64,000 nucleotides of DNA from Rebecca billardiae RCC1528 (Eukaryota; Protista; Haptophyta). Position 1 is the stretch's first letter. The number at the start of each line of letters is the position of its first letter. This document shows positions 8,328 through 19,143 of this stretch, one piece after another. The notes beneath the pieces are model-generated. The model was not told the DNA's origin. It did no database searches and was given only the letters and a program-made list of their open reading frames with translations. The DNA lies in the NCBI GenBank assembly GCA_965240325.2, contig OZ251226.1, positions 1,922,001-1,986,000 of the forward strand, read 5' to 3'. The translations under genes were made by a program, and so were the position numbers.

Positions 8328-11144
8328 ATGCAGCTTCGCGTCGCGATCGCGTGCCTGCTCTGCGCCGCGGGCGCGGAGGCGCTGGCACCTGCCTCGCTTG
8401 CCGCCGCGCGCGGCCGCACGGCGGCGCTGCCCGCCGCGCGCCGCGCGGCGAGGCACGGCGGTGCGGCCGTGCGCGCGCTCGCCGACCCGCCGCCCGTCGA
8501 CGGCGGCGTGGCACGCGACGCGCTCGCGTCTTTCGGCGCGACGCTCGACGGCATCGGCGCAAGCGGGATGTCCCTCCTCCGCTCGGTCTCCTCGGCCGAG
8601 GCGCAGGCGACCGCGCAGGCCGTGGAGGCGGTGCGCGCGGTCGCGCCCTCGCTGCCGACCATCGCGCTGCCGCCGCTCTCGGTGAGCGCGCCGCCCGCGC
8701 TGGTGGAGGCGGCGGACACGCTGCCGCCCGACGTGCGCGACATGCTCGTGCAGATCGCGCCCGTCGCCGCCGGCGTGCTGACCGCGCTCGCCGCCGGCGT
8801 CGGCGCGCTCGCCGTCCTCGCCGAGCCGCGCACCGACACGCCCTACCCGACCGGACGCTACGACGCGGCCGCGGCCGCGGCGTACTTTGGCGAGCGTCCG
8901 GGCGCGCTGCTCTTCCGCGCGCTCGACCTGCTGCGGCTGGGTCAGCGCCTCGGCGTCGGGCTGCTGCTCGACTGGCGGCTCGGCAACCTCGACAAGAACG
9001 AGCGCAAGCGCGCGAAGCAGCTGACGCAGCTCCTGACTGACTGCGGCGCGACGTTCATCAAGATCGGCCAAGCGCTTTCGATCCGTGCGGACCTGCTCTC
9101 GCCGGCGTACACCGAGGCGCTGTGCGAGCTGCAGGACCGCGTGCCCGCCTTCCGCACCTCGATCGCGTACGACACCATCTGCGCCGAGCTCGGCCTGCCG
9201 CGCACGACCGCCGCCGGCGGGATCCCATCCGCCTTCTCCGAACTTTCGCCCGAGCCGGTCGCGGCGGCGAGCCTCGGGCAGGTGTACCGCGGGCGCGTGC
9301 GGAACAGCGGCGTGGAGGTGGCGGTGAAGGTGCAGCGGCCGGGCGTGCTCGAGGCGATCGCGATCGACATGTACCTCATCCGCACCGTCGCCTCGCTCGC
9401 CAAGCGCCTCTTCCCGGGGATCAACTCGGATCTGATCGGGATCGTCGACGAGTGGGGCGACCGTTTCATCGACGAGCTGGACTACGAGCTCGAGGCGCAG
9501 AACGCGCTGCGCTTCCAGCGGGACATCGCGAAGAGCCCACTCGGCGCGGTGGTGACCGCGCCCACGCCCATCCCCGAGCTCTCCTCCAAGCGCGTGCTCA
9601 CAGCCGAGTGGGTGAAGGGCGTGCGGCTCGACGACCGTTCGAACACCAACGACGACGTCGGCAAGCTGTGCGCGGTCGGCCTCACCGCCTACCTGACGAT
9701 GCTGCTCGAGACGGGCACGCTGCACTGCGACCCGCACCCGGGCAACCTGCTGCGCACCGAGGACGGCCGGCTGTGCATCCTCGACTGGGGCCTCGTCACC
9801 GAGATCGACCCCGAGCTCCAGATCTCGTTCCTCGAGCACGTCGCGCATCTCACGAGCCGAGATTACCCTCCGATCCCGGGCGATCTCGTCCGGCTCGGCT
9901 TCGTGCCGCCGGACCGGGAGGAGGCGATCGCGAAGGAGGGCGTGGCGGAGATCCTCTCGGGCGTGTACTCGCAGCTCGCCGGCGGCGGCGGCGCGCGCAA
10001 GATCGACATCAACGACGTCGCGCGCACGCTCAACGGCATGACGCAGACCTATGGTAACGTGTTCCGGCTGCCGCCGTACTTTTGTTACGTGCTGCGCGCC
10101 TTCTCGGTCCTGGAGGGGATCGGGCTGCAGAACGACCCGGACTACACGATCATCGACGAGTGCCTGCCGTACATCACGCAGCGCCTCGTCTCCGACCGCT
10201 CGCCCCGCTCGCGCGACGCCCTGCGCACCTTCGTCTCCACGGCAAGCTCGTCGGGGCTCGGCCGCCAGCTGGACCCGCGGCGCGCGAGCCAGCTTCTTGG
10301 AGGGCTGAGCAACTACGCGTCGGCGACCCTCGGCGTGAACGGCACGGCGGAGGGCGCGGCGGAGGACCCGGCGGCGATCGCGGTGCGGCTGATGCTCGAC
10401 GCGCGCGGCAACCCGCTCCAGGCCCTCGCACTCGAGGAGGGCGCGCGCGTCGCGGACGCGCTCACCCGGGACGCTGCCCACCAGCTCGGTGAGGCGCTCG
10501 ACGCCGCGGGGCCGCTCGCGCGCGCGCTCGACCCGCTCGGCGCGGGGCGCGTGCTGCGCGAGCTGCTCAAGAAGGAGCGCGAGGACGACGAGGTGCTCGC
10601 CACGCTGGGTGGGATGGCCGCGCTCCTCGGCGCCGACGACGCCGACGCGGAGCAGCACGACGCCGGCGCGAAGGGCGCGGCCGCGCCGGCTCCGGGCTCG
10701 GCGGGCGCCCTTCCCACGACCACCACGACCTCCCTCGTGCAGGCGGCGACGCGGCTGCCGGCGCGGCTGGACCCGCAGGTGCGCGAGCAGCTCGGGCGCG
10801 AGCTGTGGCAGCAGCGCGACGCCGCGGGCACCTTCGCCATGCGCCTCGGCGCGCGGCTGCTGCTGCGCGCCTCCGAGCGGCTCGGCCGCGTGAGCGAGCC
10901 GCCGACGGCCGACGGCTCGCGCCGCGGCGCTTCGGCCTCCGCAGACCCGGTGGTCGTGGCGGCCGCGACGATCGGCAAGGCGGCGACGGCGCTCACCGCG
11001 GCGCAGCTGGCGGCCGCGTCGCAGATGAGCCTCGACGATGGGGACGCGGGCACCGCCCGCTCGCGCGCCGCCAACGGCCGCGCGCCGAGCAGCAGCAGCA
11101 GCTCAACGCGGTCGGGCGCGTCGCTTCCCTCCGCCCAGCGCTGA
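8328..11144 (+). CDS. ABC1/UbiB atypical kinase, probably plastid-targeted
   Basis: GATFIKIGQ, LQDRVP, AAASLGQVY, VAVKVQRP, HCDPHPGN, LDWGL; N-terminal signal peptide plus Ala/Arg-rich transit-like region. Confidence 0.92.
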   Translation: MQLRVAIACLLCAAGAEALAPASLAAARGRTAALPAARRAARHGGAAVRALADPPPVDGGVARDALASFGATLDGIGASGMSLLRSVSSAEAQATAQAVEAVRAVAPSLPTIALPPLSVSAPPALVEAADTLPPDVRDMLVQIAPVAAGVLTALAAGVGALAVLAEPRTDTPYPTGRYDAAAAAAYFGERPGALLFRALDLLRLGQRLGVGLLLDWRLGNLDKNERKRAKQLTQLLTDCGATFIKIGQALSIRADLLSPAYTEALCELQDRVPAFRTSIAYDTICAELGLPRTTAAGGIPSAFSELSPEPVAAASLGQVYRGRVRNSGVEVAVKVQRPGVLEAIAIDMYLIRTVASLAKRLFPGINSDLIGIVDEWGDRFIDELDYELEAQNALRFQRDIAKSPLGAVVTAPTPIPELSSKRVLTAEWVKGVRLDDRSNTNDDVGKLCAVGLTAYLTMLLETGTLHCDPHPGNLLRTEDGRLCILDWGLVTEIDPELQISFLEHVAHLTSRDYPPIPGDLVRLGFVPPDREEAIAKEGVAEILSGVYSQLAGGGGARKIDINDVARTLNGMTQTYGNVFRLPPYFCYVLRAFSVLEGIGLQNDPDYTIIDECLPYITQRLVSDRSPRSRDALRTFVSTASSSGLGRQLDPRRASQLLGGLSNYASATLGVNGTAEGAAEDPAAIAVRLMLDARGNPLQALALEEGARVADALTRDAAHQLGEALDAAGPLARALDPLGAGRVLRELLKKEREDDEVLATLGGMAALLGADDADAEQHDAGAKGAAAPAPGSAGALPTTTTTSLVQAATRLPARLDPQVREQLGRELWQQRDAAGTFAMRLGARLLLRASERLGRVSEPPTADGSRRGASASADPVVVAAATIGKAATALTAAQLAAASQMSLDDGDAGTARSRAANGRAPSSSSSSTRSGASLPSAQR

Positions 11145-11596
11145 CGGGCCCGCCCCGCCCCCAGTGAAATGCTTATTGATGACTATTACTCTTGCTAATA
11201 CGTAGCTTAGATATGACGAGGTACAGCCTAATTACGACTCTGACAACCTCGCCGCCATCCGATCAGGCCGAATCAATGATGAAGGTCTACCAACGCCATT
11301 CGGACGTCGCCGCGCGCCACGGTGCCGAGCACGTACCTGGCCGGCCAATGCGACTCCCCAAGGGAAGAATGGAAGATACGGTATGTAGGTAGCTACGGCG
11401 GCGGAGTTCGGAATAATTCGGAAAGCCGAACAGCAATGAATCTTACCAATAATAATCTTAGTCGCCGATTCATGGCAGCCGAGCGAGCCCGTCCGACGAC
11501 GACGGCTCATCAAGTTTCAGGTTGCCTCGCCACTGCTCGGACATTTCGCGGCTTTGCGCACTTTGAACTTGACTCTTGAGAACTTCCGGCTCCGCC

Positions 11597-12055
11597 ATGG
11601 CCAAGCCCGTCACAATCGGCGTGGACGCCTCCGCGCTCTGCTGACACCGGTACCTCGAGGGCGCCTTCCAGAAGGCGCTCTGCTCTGCCGTGGAGCGTGC
11701 AGGAGCCGGCCAGGCGATCAGCGTCGTGCTCGACGCGCGCCTCGCCGACGTGGTCGTGAAATTACCAGCGCAGGCGCACTTTCAAGCCGTCGCTGAGCGC
11801 ACTGTGCGCGCCACGCTCGCAAGAGCAGCAGCCAAGGAGTACAGGTCGGCTGCAGTTCCTAAGGGCGCCACCGCGCCTAGTGACGCACGTATGAAGGCTG
11901 CTGCCCGACAAACCCGGCCCAAGGGTGGGGTTCAGCCTGAGAGCACACGCGTCATGAAGCCTTCGGCTTCGGTGCCAGGAGCCCGACCCGCCGGGCAATC
12001 TGCGCCCGGTGCACATGCGGCGAAAAGCCACGGGCTCACGGGTGATCCACGATGA
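11597..12055 (+). pseudogene. ATG-initiated ORF interrupted by one in-frame TGA (pseudogene or recoded gene)
   Basis: GCCATGG start, coding-like codons, TGA at 11642-11644 after a Cys codon, and in-frame continuation into ORF 11690..12055. Confidence 0.3.
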
Positions 12056-13554
12056 ATGAGGACCGATGGATCTTGAGTCCAGCACGATCGCACGCCCGCG
12101 CTGACATTGTACGCTCTTAGTATGCAACGCTTCGTCATAACGGTGCGTGGCTCCAGTGACACGCACAGTGTCTCCTCTGAGTGACAATAATTGACCTGTG
12201 CCCACCAAGGTTTGGCGGCCATCGTGCCGGCCACTGGGCGCAGGAATTTCGGGTGGGGATTTTCTTTTCCGAATATGTTGGTGATGCCGTGAGAGCACCA
12301 CCAACCTCTGCCGCTGGCGGCTGCACTAACAGCGCGCTGGGCGGCGCTGGAGGGGCGAGATGGGCGCCGACTGCGCGCCCTCCTGCGGTAGTTGCGTGCC
12401 CGCGAAGGCGGTGCGCGTGGTTGAGCGCGGCTGAAGAGCAGCTATTTGCGTCGTTCCACCGCTCGCCGTTCGGAATCACTGCATCCGCCGCGCCTCAGGC
12501 CATCGCGTGCGCCGCACCAACAAGGAAGTTGTGTGCATTCCTCGGCTGACTGCACGCGTGCCGCGAGCAGCGGCGTCGGCGTCCGGCACTTGGTTGCACT
12601 GGGCAATGCCCAAGTAGTTTATGCACGCGTCATCGCTCGTCACAGTACGCTGCCTGGCATACGCATCTGCACGGGTCACACAGCCGTCAAAACTGGCACG
12701 ATCGAGCATCACAAAGGCCGGTTGGCATCGACCTACGGCGAGGGTCATGTGAGCTGATGCAAAGCACTGACATGCGCCCTTCTGGATAGTGATGTAGTGA
12801 GCACATTCCCGCGTGAAAGGAGCGCGCGCCATTCAGGCACCGGAAGCGGCGTCGGGGCTGGATGCTCACGTCTTAGGCAGGCTGATGCTGCCTTCCGGCT
12901 GCACGGGTGCGTCTATCAAGGCTGACCGTGTGTGCACGATGCGCACCGTCAAGTTCGACACGAACTTCCAGACGTGAGCTACTGCTTGACAAGGTAGTAT
13001 ACACACATTCATACACGCGCCGTGTCATCCGAGGAGGCACATACACGCAGGCCATCATGGGCCTCGTTCAGATATATTCTGCATCAGCACGCATGCATGC
13101 ACGTACTAGCTCGGGCCAAGATTGACGTCGGAGCACGAGTCAGGGAGTTCAATGCCGGGGCAGAGCTGGACAGCGGTCACGCGTGTGGCCACTCCGCGCG
13201 AGCGCACATGCTCCGCGTCACCGCATATCAGCATGGCGTGCGCTGCAACGTCATCGTCGGGCCAGAGCGCTTGTTCGACCAATCGGCTCGTATGAATGAT
13301 GCAATCAGCACACCTGAACGCAGCTGTTCGGACCCGCGCTCATGCGCGGCGGCGCAAGGTAGCGCAGTGCGTACAGCGTAGGCCTCGCCGCGCGGAAGCG
13401 CATGCTCCGTGTGTGTCTCGCCTCGCATGGCGCACGCGGGCGACGGGCTGGCCGTGTGGCGGTGTGCACAGACAAGTGCTGGCCCGAGGCAAGTACAGCC
13501 GAATGCGATGCGCGGCGCGAAGCGGCGAATGGCACTTCAGCACGACTGCCCAGC

Positions 13555-14666
13555 CAAGGGTGTCCAGGGTCCGCAACAGCCAGTGCGCAGCGCGGCAGAG
13601 GCTGGGGAAGAGGCAGGTCGCCGCTCGCCAGTGGGACTCGCCCGCCCGCCGCCGTGCACGGCGGCGGAGCCGCTCGCGCCGTGCGCTCCTGCGGCCGTCG
13701 GATCGGGCTGCGTAGGCGGCGCGCGGCTTGGGCCGTCGCTGAGCCACCCAGCGCCCCTCGCTGCGCCGCGCGCCTTCCTCGTCCTCGCCTCCTCCGCGCC
13801 TTGAAGCAGCACGCACACGCGCGGCGCCGCCACAAAAGCAGCGCAGGCGCTCGCGTGCAAGCGCGCGCGCGCAGCGCGCGACGGGCTCGACTCAGGGCTC
13901 GCGCCGCTGCGGGGGCATGCAGCACCATCACATGCGCGCGCGACGCCACCTCGAACTTGCGCATCGCTGTGACCGTCACGCGCCAAATGCTCACACGTCC
14001 TCGTGTTGAAGTAGGCCCAATCTGACCAGAACCTGCCATGCGTCAGGACGACTTCTTAGGCAAGACACGATGACAGCTACGTACGCGGCGCTTCTCAGCA
14101 AGCGTGGAGACCACAAGAGAAGCGCACGCAAGCATGACCGTCCCCGCATCGATCGCGTCGACGTACTCAAGGCCCGTTGTGGAAGCTTCCGTCGCACGTG
14201 TGATGATGCCAAGTCAGACCATTTTGTAACGTGCATCAGCGTGCACTGACGGTCAAACGCGCAGGCTCGAGGTGGCGTCGCGCGCGCATGTGATAGCACT
14301 GCATGTCCCCGCAGAGGCTCGAACACCGAGTCGAGTCCGTCGCGCGCTGCGCGCGCGCGCTTGCACGCGAGCGCCTGCGCTGCTTTTGTGGCGGCGCCGC
14401 GCGTGTGCGTGCTGCTTCAAGGCGCGGAGGAGGCGAGGACGAGGAAGGCGCGCGGCGCAGCGAGGGGCGCTGGGTGGCTCAGCGACGGCCCAAGCCGCGC
14501 GCCGCCTACGCAGCCCGATCCGACGGCCGCAGGAGCGCACGGCGCGAGCGGCTCCGCCGCCGTGCACGGCGGCGGGCGGGCGAGTCCCACTGGCGAGCGG
14601 CGACCTGCCTCTTCCCCAGCCTCTGCCGCGCTGCGCACTGGCTGTTGCGGACCCTGGACACCCTTG
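13555..14666. repeat. long inverted repeat / fold-back palindrome 1
   Basis: Arms about 13555-13955 and 14267-14666 are reverse complements; GCCCAGC occurs on both flanks. Confidence 0.95.
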
Positions 14667-14927
14667 GCCCAGCCTAGCTCGCCGGCTCTGCGCTCGCGGG
14701 ATCGTCCACACGCACGGGAGCGCGGCGCCGTCGCCCGCTCGCCCGAGACGCGCGCGTCCGCCGCGCAGCGCGCGGCTGAATAAATGCAAGGCGGAAAAAA
14801 AAAGCGCGCCGATTTTCTGAGTTCTCCGACCCTGGGTGCCGTGTCCCCAGTGGAAGCCGACTCCCTTCCTTCATGGCCGCGGCCGCGCGGCGCCCTTGCG
14901 GAGGCGGGAGGACCAACGGCGAGCACA

Positions 14928-16097
14928 ATGCGGCCGCGACGAGCCGCCGCGCGCATTCTGCTCACGGTGTGCGTCGTGCTGCCTCCCGCGCCTGCGCCAG
15001 TCGCGCCGGGGCCTCTGGACTCGTTGCACACGCTCGTCGTGCGAAACAACGGCTCCCTGGCGGCCATCGTCTCCGTCGCCGACACTTCCCGCGTCTCGTT
15101 GGAGCACGGGCTCCGCGGCTTGCGTGTCGCGCAGCGCATGAACCCACGGGCAAGGGTGATCGCGGTGCGGCCTTCGCGCATGCGCGACGCAGTGGTACGC
15201 GCCGGGCTTGGCTTCTTCCCACTGACCCACTCGAAGGAGTACGACCGGCTCTACCAGCACTCGTCGGTCAACCCGCGCCGCTTCGAGCTCTTCTGCTTCG
15301 AGCGCTACCGTCTGGTGCTCAGCGCGCTGCGCGCGGCGCGCGCCGATGCGGGGGCCGTCGCCGTCGTCGACGACGATCTGGTCGTCATGCACGACTTGGC
15401 CGACCTCGTGCTCCGCGCACCGCCGGGCGTGCGCTCCGCCCACGTGGCGCTCCCGGTCCTCGGCGCGCTCACGATCGCGTCTGCGGAGGCTCTGCGCCGC
15501 TTCGTGGCCTTCACGATCGCCGCGTGGTCGCTCCCGTCCGAGCAGCTCCTCGCGCTCGTGCGCGCGCACGGCGTGCGCACAGCGAGCTGTCCCAGCACGG
15601 AGCGCTGCGCCGTGCCACGCGCGCTGCGCTGGGGCGAGCCGCTGCTCCAGTTCCAGCAGTTCAGTGACATGTGGATGTGGATGGCCTTCCAGGCAGCGGG
15701 CGCGACAGGAGGTGGCGCGCGCGCACGGCTGCCGTTCGCCGATCGGCTGGTGTCCGAGACCGGGGGCGCTGTCAAGGTGAGCTCCGCACCGTATGACTGG
15801 GCGACGCGCAACCGGGTCTGCGTGCCGGTGCCGCAGTGGTGCAGCAGGTACAGCTGCTCCCAGCCCAGCGCGGCGTCGTCCAGTGGTCTGCCGGCCGGGC
15901 TGGCCGCGCATGCCGACGGCCGTCTCGAGGACGAGCGTGAGCGCCTGCCGCTATGCTGGGCGCACATGCATGGCAGGGCGAAGACGCCCAGAAGCGGCGC
16001 CCTCGACGCAGTTCTGAGAGCCGCGTGCGCAACGGGAGGCCCGCCCGTTGGCTTCCGGCCCTCGTGCTCGGCGCACGGCCACGGGTCGGCGGGCTGA
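14928..16097 (+). CDS. hypothetical secreted/type II protein, possible nucleotide-sugar transferase
   Basis: Hydrophobic N-terminus; YQHSSVNPRRFELFCFERY followed by VVDDDL (DxD-like) and FSDM. Confidence 0.6.
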   Translation: MRPRRAAARILLTVCVVLPPAPAPVAPGPLDSLHTLVVRNNGSLAAIVSVADTSRVSLEHGLRGLRVAQRMNPRARVIAVRPSRMRDAVVRAGLGFFPLTHSKEYDRLYQHSSVNPRRFELFCFERYRLVLSALRAARADAGAVAVVDDDLVVMHDLADLVLRAPPGVRSAHVALPVLGALTIASAEALRRFVAFTIAAWSLPSEQLLALVRAHGVRTASCPSTERCAVPRALRWGEPLLQFQQFSDMWMWMAFQAAGATGGGARARLPFADRLVSETGGAVKVSSAPYDWATRNRVCVPVPQWCSRYSCSQPSAASSSGLPAGLAAHADGRLEDERERLPLCWAHMHGRAKTPRSGALDAVLRAACATGGPPVGFRPSCSAHGHGSAG

Positions 16098-16611
16098 TCA
16101 CCCATGGCCGAACGAATTTACTATGACGATAGGTAACTACATGCGCCACTAGGCCTTCCGGGACGTGTCTGAGTACTATAGCAGTGTCATAGGGCGCGGG
16201 TTACCAGCCGACTGCCGAGCAGGCAGTGTTGAGTGAGTGTTCCGATGTCAAGCTCATGACTCGCGGTTCAATAATGAGTTTGCATCATCAGCATTCATCT
16301 CACTTGCACCATTACCCAGACTCGGAGTTCAGACCGCCACCAATCAGTCAGCTCGCTACTCAGGTGCATCATGATGCCACCTCGACTGTACTCAAGCTAC
16401 GAGGGGCGGCGCTGCCGCCTGAGTCACTCTGACTCGTCTGAGCCGGGTCCGATCGTCATGTGATGTGATGATTCGTCGCGAATGGACCAACGACGGCCTC
16501 GTCATTCTCGAGCCATCGTGCACTCCGCCGGTCGAGACTTGGCGAGTTGGCGCAAGGCGGCCTTCCGTTTGGGTTTGATGTGGCGGATGGCCACCGAGCT
16601 GGAGAGCTGCG

Positions 16612-18641
16612 ATGACGCGTGAGCTGAAGCGCGAGCTCGCCGCGGCGGAGGAGCGTGGCGACAAGGAGGCGCAGCGGCGCGCCCTGCGTGCGCTCGTCGA
16701 GAGTAGCGCGCGCGCTGGCAGCTCCGAGCAAGCCTCGCGCTACGCTGCGCGATGGTCCTCCATCGCCCTCGAGGAGGACGAGCACGCAGACGCGGCCGCG
16801 GCGGAGTTCTGCCGCGCGCAGGCGCTCGCTCGTCTCTCGCAGCGCGGCGCGGCGGAGGAGGCGTACGGCCGGTGTATCCAGTACGCAAAGCAGTACACGG
16901 AGACTGGCACCTTCGACCCAGAGACGTACGAGATCCAAGCGAGGGCGCATCTTTTCCGCGCGCGCGCACTCGCTGGGCAGGGCGGCGCGAGCGCAATCGT
17001 GCGGCGAGCGCGCGAGGAGGGGAAGCACGCGCTCAGCGCGGCTCGGCGCTCGGGCAATGCTGAGCTCGTGGAGCGCGTGGAGGCGGCTGTCGAAGAGATG
17101 AGCAGGCTCGCTCCTTCCGCCGAGACGATCGATCTCACCGCCGCAGACGGCGGCGGCTCACTCGCCCCTCGGGCGGGCGCGGACGCGGAGGCGTGTCCAC
17201 GCGCGCGCAAGCCCGGCGCCGCGCGTGCGCACGGCAGCATCGCTGCGCGCGGCATTCGCGGCCCCGTCGTCGTGCGAGGAGGCGCCGCCGCGGCCGGCAC
17301 TACCCGCCGGCACGCGGAGGCGCCGCGCGCGCCCGGTCCCCACGCCGGCGCCGGTCGGCAGGCCGAGTCCCGCCGAGCGCGCGCCGTGCACCCCTACTTC
17401 GCGTCCCACGGGTCGGCGGTGCGCACGAGCGCGGAGCACGGCGCAGCGCGAGCCGGGGCGGTCGGTGGCCCGAGCGCGCCGCCGCAGCCGCCTCTGCCCT
17501 CGAGCCTCGCCGCGTGGGCGAGTCTGCGCGCCGCAGATGCACCGCTTGCTTTGCCGTCGGCCGGCTCAGCTGCCGTCCCCGCGGCCGGCCAGGCCGCGGC
17601 TCCGCACGAGGGAGGGTCAGGGCGCCCGCTCGAGGACTGCACGTTGCGCGCATCGAATCTAGGAGGGGCCCACGGCGCTCCTCCGGCGCACGCGGCGACG
17701 GCCGCGTCGGTCGCTGGCGAGGGACGCGCACCATCTGCGCGCACGTCGCACGCGGCGCCTGCGGGCGCCCAGTCGGCCGCGGCAGCTGGCGCATCGGCCG
17801 CGGCGGCCGACGATGACGAGGACCTGGACGAGGACATGACGTGCACAGTGTGCCAGGACCTCATGTACCGCCCCATCAGCCTGCCGTGCGGCCACACATT
17901 CTGCAAGGTGCGCGCGCCGCGCGCGCGCTCGCAGATGCCCCGCGCCAGCCCCAGCCGCGTGCTGCGCCACGCGCACACAGTGCTGTGGACCCCCGCTGAC
18001 GCTCGCGGCCGTCTCACGGCTGCGCGCCCCCTCCGCAGGGCTGCTTGCTCAAGTGGCAGGCGGTGAAGGGCACGTGCCCGACGTGCCGCCAGGCGCTGCC
18101 CTCGCTCGTCAGCGCAGATGGCACGGCGGCCACGACGGGCGCGGCTGTCAACACCGCCCTCTGGAGTCTGATCCAGCGCAAGTACCCGGCGCGTGTCGCC
18201 TCGATGCGAGCGCAGAGCGAGGCGGCCCTGCAGCAGGAGGAGGCGGCCGCGGCGGCAGCCGCCCGGCGGCAGCGGCTGATGGCGGACATGACGGCTCGGC
18301 GCGCACTCGCCGCCCGCGCGGACTACCTGGCGCTGGTCAAGCAGGCCCTCGAGGCGGGCTGCTGGCGCATGTGCCGCTGTGCTCCTCCGATGGTCACGGT
18401 CCCACGCACGCTGCGCAGGCCGGGCGATCGGGTGCGTGCGCGCCTGCGCGGACCGCGGCCACGCGCGGTATGCTCGTGCATCACTCAGCGCTCACCGTGC
18501 TGCGTGCACCCACCGCTGATGCCGCCGCCTCCCTCTGTGCCATCCCACGCCGCGCGCCCTTCTCAGCACGACGGGCGCGTGTACTTTGCATGCCCACGGC
18601 CGCAAGAGAGCTCCTGCGGCTTCTTCGAGTACGAGTACTGA
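16612..18641 (+). CDS. C3HC4 RING finger + GRF-type zinc finger protein (introns 17908-18038, 18432-18566)
   Basis: Spliced CTVCQDLMYRPISLPCGHTFCK|GCLLKW...CPTCR; C-terminal CRC...HDGRVYFACP...CGFFEY. Confidence 0.85.
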
Positions 18642-19143
18642 TAAGCTAATGCTATGTGCTGACGATCGTAATTGCACGATAGTCGATACGCTGGTGATAC
18701 GAGCGCGCTGCATCACCGACACCGTCTTCCCCGCTGGCGCGCGGTACTAGCTGCTGTACTCACCGGCGGCAGACTGGTCTTTGCGCAGCGCGCTGCGCGG
18801 ACGACACCATCACCGCATCACTCATAGTCATCATCATCATATCATCATCACATCGTCATCACGTAGTCCGAATGACACTTGTCAAGTGACTTGACAGCAG
18901 CCGCAGCAGCGCACCGTCGAGAACATCATGAGTCACATCGTGATCGTCGCGTTGTACTCATCGTCATCAGCAGCGCGCTTAATGATGCGCCTGCTTATTC
19001 CAGATCGAAATAATAAGTATTATACGATCGCGCGCGTATGAGTAATCGTATAGTCGCATATCTGATGATCATCAGCAATAACTACATCCGTCGTCGTACC
19101 TAGCTGGGCTCTTCTCAATGAAAGTGGTTGACCATCATCATCG

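Noticed and set aside
8043-10658. Long antisense ORFs (e.g. 871 aa here, and the 846-aa extension over ARPC1)
   Set aside because: Expected shadows of high-GC coding sequence; no motifs.
13305-14820. ORFs within the palindrome arms
   Set aside because: Low-complexity R/A/P translations in several frames; no consistent start or recognisable domain.
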